From an uncultured delta proteobacterium (GTDB lineage: Bacteria > Desulfobacterota > Desulfobaccia > Desulfobaccales > 0-14-0-80-60-11): a DNA stretch of 64,000 nt. Below, piece after piece: positions 61,287 to 64,000 of this stretch. Positions within the stretch are counted from its first letter, which is position 1. Each line of letters opens with the position of its first letter. Under the pieces are notes generated by a model, which saw only the letters and a program-made list of their open reading frames with translations, did no database searches and had not been told where the DNA came from. The stretch covers positions 1,312,001 through 1,376,000 of the forward strand of contig CAWETI010000003.1 of the NCBI GenBank assembly GCA_963812015.1. The letters are read 5' to 3'. The position numbers and the translations under genes are program-made.

Positions 61287-61784
61287 TTAGGGCCTATCTT
61301 CATAGTTTTTTGTGACTTCTCTGACAAATCTCGACCAGTCTCCTTCTGAATCCAAGAAGAAGACCAACTCTTTTCCAAAAATTGATTCTGTTGTCAAACG
61401 ATAAGGATTGTAAGTCTCACTCCCAGTTAAATAACAATACACCCATCCTCTTTTCTCTACTTCAGCTTTATATCTAGTGTATTTTTCATTAGCATTTTTT
61501 CCGAAAGAACCAAGAGCTTTTATTTCAATAGCTACTTTGCCCACCAATAAATCAATTTTGGTTCTCCCATATAGAGGTACTGGCTCTTTTACAACTGGAG
61601 TGAGTCCCATTGCAATCAGTTCTTGATACAAGCAGTAGCGAATGGTCTGTTCATAAACCCATCCGCTCAATCCTTTTAGGTTCGGCTCCCTTCCCTCCGC
61701 AATAGGCAAAGAAGCAAGCAATTGGCGGGCTTCGATTAAGTTTTTCTGATAAAGTTTTTCTATGTTTCGTTCGTTGAATTTCAT
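61287..61784 (-). CDS. AT-rich PD-(D/E)XK nuclease-like protein
   Basis: YE...E...IDLLVG.VAIEIK motif. Confidence 0.7.
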   Translation of the reverse strand: MKFNERNIEKLYQKNLIEARQLLASLPIAEGREPNLKGLSGWVYEQTIRYCLYQELIAMGLTPVVKEPVPLYGRTKIDLLVGKVAIEIKALGSFGKNANEKYTRYKAEVEKRGWVYCYLTGSETYNPYRLTTESIFGKELVFFLDSEGDWSRFVREVTKNYEDRP

Positions 61785-61808
61785 ATATTGCTACCGCCTT
61801 TTTATATG

Positions 61809-61962
61809 GTGGGCCGTGCCCACCCTACACTATTTTGGCCCAAACCCCGTAGGGGCGGGTTTCAAACCCGCCCCTACAGTTTTTGTTATACCCTTTCAGG
61901 GGGTTGGGAGGGGAGTTTGAGGGGAGGGTGGGGGACTCGCGTCCCTCAGTCCTCCCCTCAAA
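61809..61962. repeat. REP cluster plus family A-like palindrome
   Basis: GTAGGGGCGGGTTTCAAACCCGCCCCTAC (61849-61877); GGGGTTGGGAGGGG..GAGGGGAGG...CCTCCCCTC. Confidence 0.75.
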
Positions 61963-61971
61963 ATTCAATCC

Positions 61972-63261
61972 TCAATGCTTAAAACACCTCTGGCCGGTGA
62001 AGACCATGGCCACGGGGGGGTCGGCTTCGTTGCAGGCCTGGATAACTTCGTAGTCCCGGACGGAGCCGCCGGCGTGGGCCACGGTGGTGCAGCCCTGGCG
62101 GATGCCCACGTCCACCCCGTCTCGGAAGGGGAAGAAGGCGTCCGAGATCATGGCTGAGCCGATGAGGCCGCCTTTGGCTTCCTCAGTGGCGATGTCGATC
62201 CCCACCTTGTCGGAGGCGTCCCGTTTGGCCTGGAGGATTTCCAGTTCTAGGTTTTTATAGGGCATGCCGAACTGCTTGAAGCACAGGGCGTCGGCGTATT
62301 TGGTGTAGGCCTTGAAGACAGCGATTTCCGCCACCCCCACACGGTCCTGTTCGCCGGTGCCGATGCCCACGGTGCAGCCGTCCTTGACGAAGATGACGGA
62401 GTTGGAGGTGATGCCCTGCTCCACCCACCAGCCGAACAGGAGGTCGTCGTACTCCGCCTCGGTGGGCTGGCGCACGCAGCGGTACTCCTGGCCCTGGTGG
62501 GTGGCCACCGCGGGCTTAAAATCCTCTTGGCTTAAGATGGCGTTTAAGGGCGACTGCTGCGCGATGATGCCGCCGTCCACCAGGCACTTGAAATCCACAA
62601 AGCGGTTATGGATCAGGTGCTGGAGGCGGGCGAATTTGGGCACCTTGATGATCCTCAGGTCTTTGGCCTTTTTCAGGATGTCCAGGGTGCCGGCCTCGAA
62701 GTCCGGGGCGGCCAGGACCTCCAGGTAGTTCCGGGACACCAGTTCGGCGGTGGTCTTGTCCAGGGGCCGGTTGAAGACCGCGGCGCCCCCGAACGCGGCG
62801 ATGCGGTCCACCATATTGGCCTTGTCGTAAGCCTCGGCCAGGGTCCCGGCCCAGGCGGCGCCGCAGGGGTTATTGTGCTTGAGGATCACCGCCGCGGGCC
62901 GTTTCTGGAGCCACTTGATGATGTTCAGACCGTTATCCAGGTCCGTCAGGTTGGTCTTTCCCGGGTGCTTGCCGGCCTGGACCATGGCCGCTTCATCGAT
63001 GGCGCTGGTGAGACCGTTATTGGGGTCCAGAAAATGACACTCCCCCAGGGTCAGGTTGCCCCCCACCAGCTCGTAGAGGGCGGCTTCCTGTCCGGGGTTC
63101 TCCCCGTAGCGCAGCCCCATTTCGATGACTTCCCCTTTGGCATCGGGCAATTTCCAGGTGCGCTTGCGGTAGATGAGTTGCTGGTCGCCAAAGCTGATGG
63201 TCATCTCCGGGGGAAAATGGTCTGCCATCACGGTGCGGTACATGGCCTTGATATCACTCAT
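61972..63261 (-). CDS. PurH-like protein, AICAR transformylase-like domain only
   Basis: LRYGENP, KHNNPCG, AFGG, GTGEQDRV, SDAFFPFRD, RCFKH; N-terminal MGS-like cyclohydrolase domain absent. Confidence 0.85.
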   Translation of the reverse strand: MSDIKAMYRTVMADHFPPEMTISFGDQQLIYRKRTWKLPDAKGEVIEMGLRYGENPGQEAALYELVGGNLTLGECHFLDPNNGLTSAIDEAAMVQAGKHPGKTNLTDLDNGLNIIKWLQKRPAAVILKHNNPCGAAWAGTLAEAYDKANMVDRIAAFGGAAVFNRPLDKTTAELVSRNYLEVLAAPDFEAGTLDILKKAKDLRIIKVPKFARLQHLIHNRFVDFKCLVDGGIIAQQSPLNAILSQEDFKPAVATHQGQEYRCVRQPTEAEYDDLLFGWWVEQGITSNSVIFVKDGCTVGIGTGEQDRVGVAEIAVFKAYTKYADALCFKQFGMPYKNLELEILQAKRDASDKVGIDIATEEAKGGLIGSAMISDAFFPFRDGVDVGIRQGCTTVAHAGGSVRDYEVIQACNEADPPVAMVFTGQRCFKH

Positions 63262-63281
63262 ACGCGGTAACCTCCGGAAAA

Positions 63282-63312
63282 CGGTTTTCGGTTTTCAGTT
63301 TTCGGTTTTCGG
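63282..63312. repeat. heptamer tandem repeat (GTTTTCR)n
   Basis: Direct reading; inverted partner at 63687-63720. Confidence 0.8.
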
Positions 63313-63426
63313 GGAAAATCGGTAAACCAAACCTGGTTGGGTTTCTTTCCGTCCCCGTGGTTAATGTTTATTAATCGTAATGCTCTAAATATTCAAGGCA
63401 GATTTCGGCCACCGGCGGGGGATGAA

Positions 63427-63502
63427 AAATTCCCCCACCCCCCCTTTAGTCAAGGGGGGTTTTAAAAGGCCCCCTTGGGAAAAGAGGGATTTAGGGGGAT
63501 TT
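63427..63502. repeat. palindromic repeat, family B
   Basis: CCCCCTTTAGTCAAGGGGGG ... GGATTTAGGGGGATTT. Confidence 0.75.
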
Positions 63503-63686
63503 GAGTGTTCTCGGTAAAAACCAGTAAGCCGATATTCTGTCAAGTAGCCCTATTGTGGCACGAGTTGCCCCTGCTTGACAAGCGCCTTTCGAGCCCTGGT
63601 CCAAATTGACATAGAGCCGGGCCAATGCTAATATTTAACAGGGGTTGAGGACAGAGATGCGGCATGCAACCGTAACTGCCTTTACA

Positions 63687-63720
63687 GAAAACCGAAAACC
63701 GAAAACCGAAAACTGAAAAC
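63687..63720. repeat. heptamer tandem repeat (GAAAACY)n
   Basis: Direct reading. Confidence 0.8.
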
Positions 63721-63729
63721 GGTTTTTCC

Positions 63730-64000
63730 ATGGAGATAAAGGCCCTGGACTTCGTAATCGGATTGACTCTAGGTTTGGCCCTGGGCGTCGGCGGAACCAT
63801 GCTGGTGAGCCGGATCAGGGGCTGGCTGGGGCGCTCCGAAGTCGGGCGGCTGCGCGCGGAAAACCGCGTCCTGTCGCGCCGCCTGGCGGAAAAAGACCGG
63901 CACATCGGTAAGATGCTCACCGAAACCCAGCGCCTGGCCGAGCGGCTGGGGCAGAAGGCGGTCGTGGCTTTGACGGAAGAACCAGTTGAAAAAATTGATT
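63730..64000 (+). CDS. single-TM coiled-coil hypothetical protein (runs to window end)
   Basis: MEIKALDFVIGLTLGLALGVGG...EVGRLRAENRVLSRRLAEKD, open to the end of the window. Confidence 0.65.
   Translation, partial: MEIKALDFVIGLTLGLALGVGGTMLVSRIRGWLGRSEVGRLRAENRVLSRRLAEKDRHIGKMLTETQRLAERLGQKAVVALTEEPVEKID

Noticed and set aside
63556..63569. TGGCACGAGTTGC sigma54-like motif
   Set aside because: The -24/-12 spacing is 2 nt too short

Overview
A GC-rich chromosomal segment. Gene content (LPS core/lipid A cluster, MvhD, PPDK, truncated PurH, dense palindromic repeats) suggests an anaerobic deltaproteobacterium, Desulfobacterota-like; this is an inference. Left to right: a partial HtrA/DegP protease; a minus-strand LPS cluster (GT4, three GT9 heptosyltransferases, lpxA, GT2, Trm112, gmhB, lpxK, msbA) interrupted by glycogen phosphorylase and by an AT-rich orphan gene with a proteasome-beta-like Thr1/Asp17/Lys33 signature. 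Next is a minus-strand cluster MauE/DoxX - rhodanese lipoprotein - MvhD - double-cubane cluster protein (DCCP) - small ORF - ATP-dependent activase (DCCP-R) - YedF, preceded by an unusual leader with a 14-nt Shine-Dalgarno, a 12-codon uORF and a SECIS-like hairpin. Housekeeping genes follow (pckA, ruvCA, yebC, rlmE, ade, ala, ppdK, proS, relA/spoT, rpmB, purH-like). Also present: an orphan DNA methyltransferase fused to a degenerate SNase domain, a sigma54-driven FliM-N-peptide/flhG/fliA mini-operon with no other flagellar genes in the window, a frameshifted ThiF/MoeB gene, an ABC permease carrying an in-frame palindromic-repeat insertion, and a solitary AT-rich PD-(D/E)XK nuclease. No rRNA, tRNA, CRISPR array or transposase was recognised. 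All assignments come from motif recognition by eye; no searches were run.
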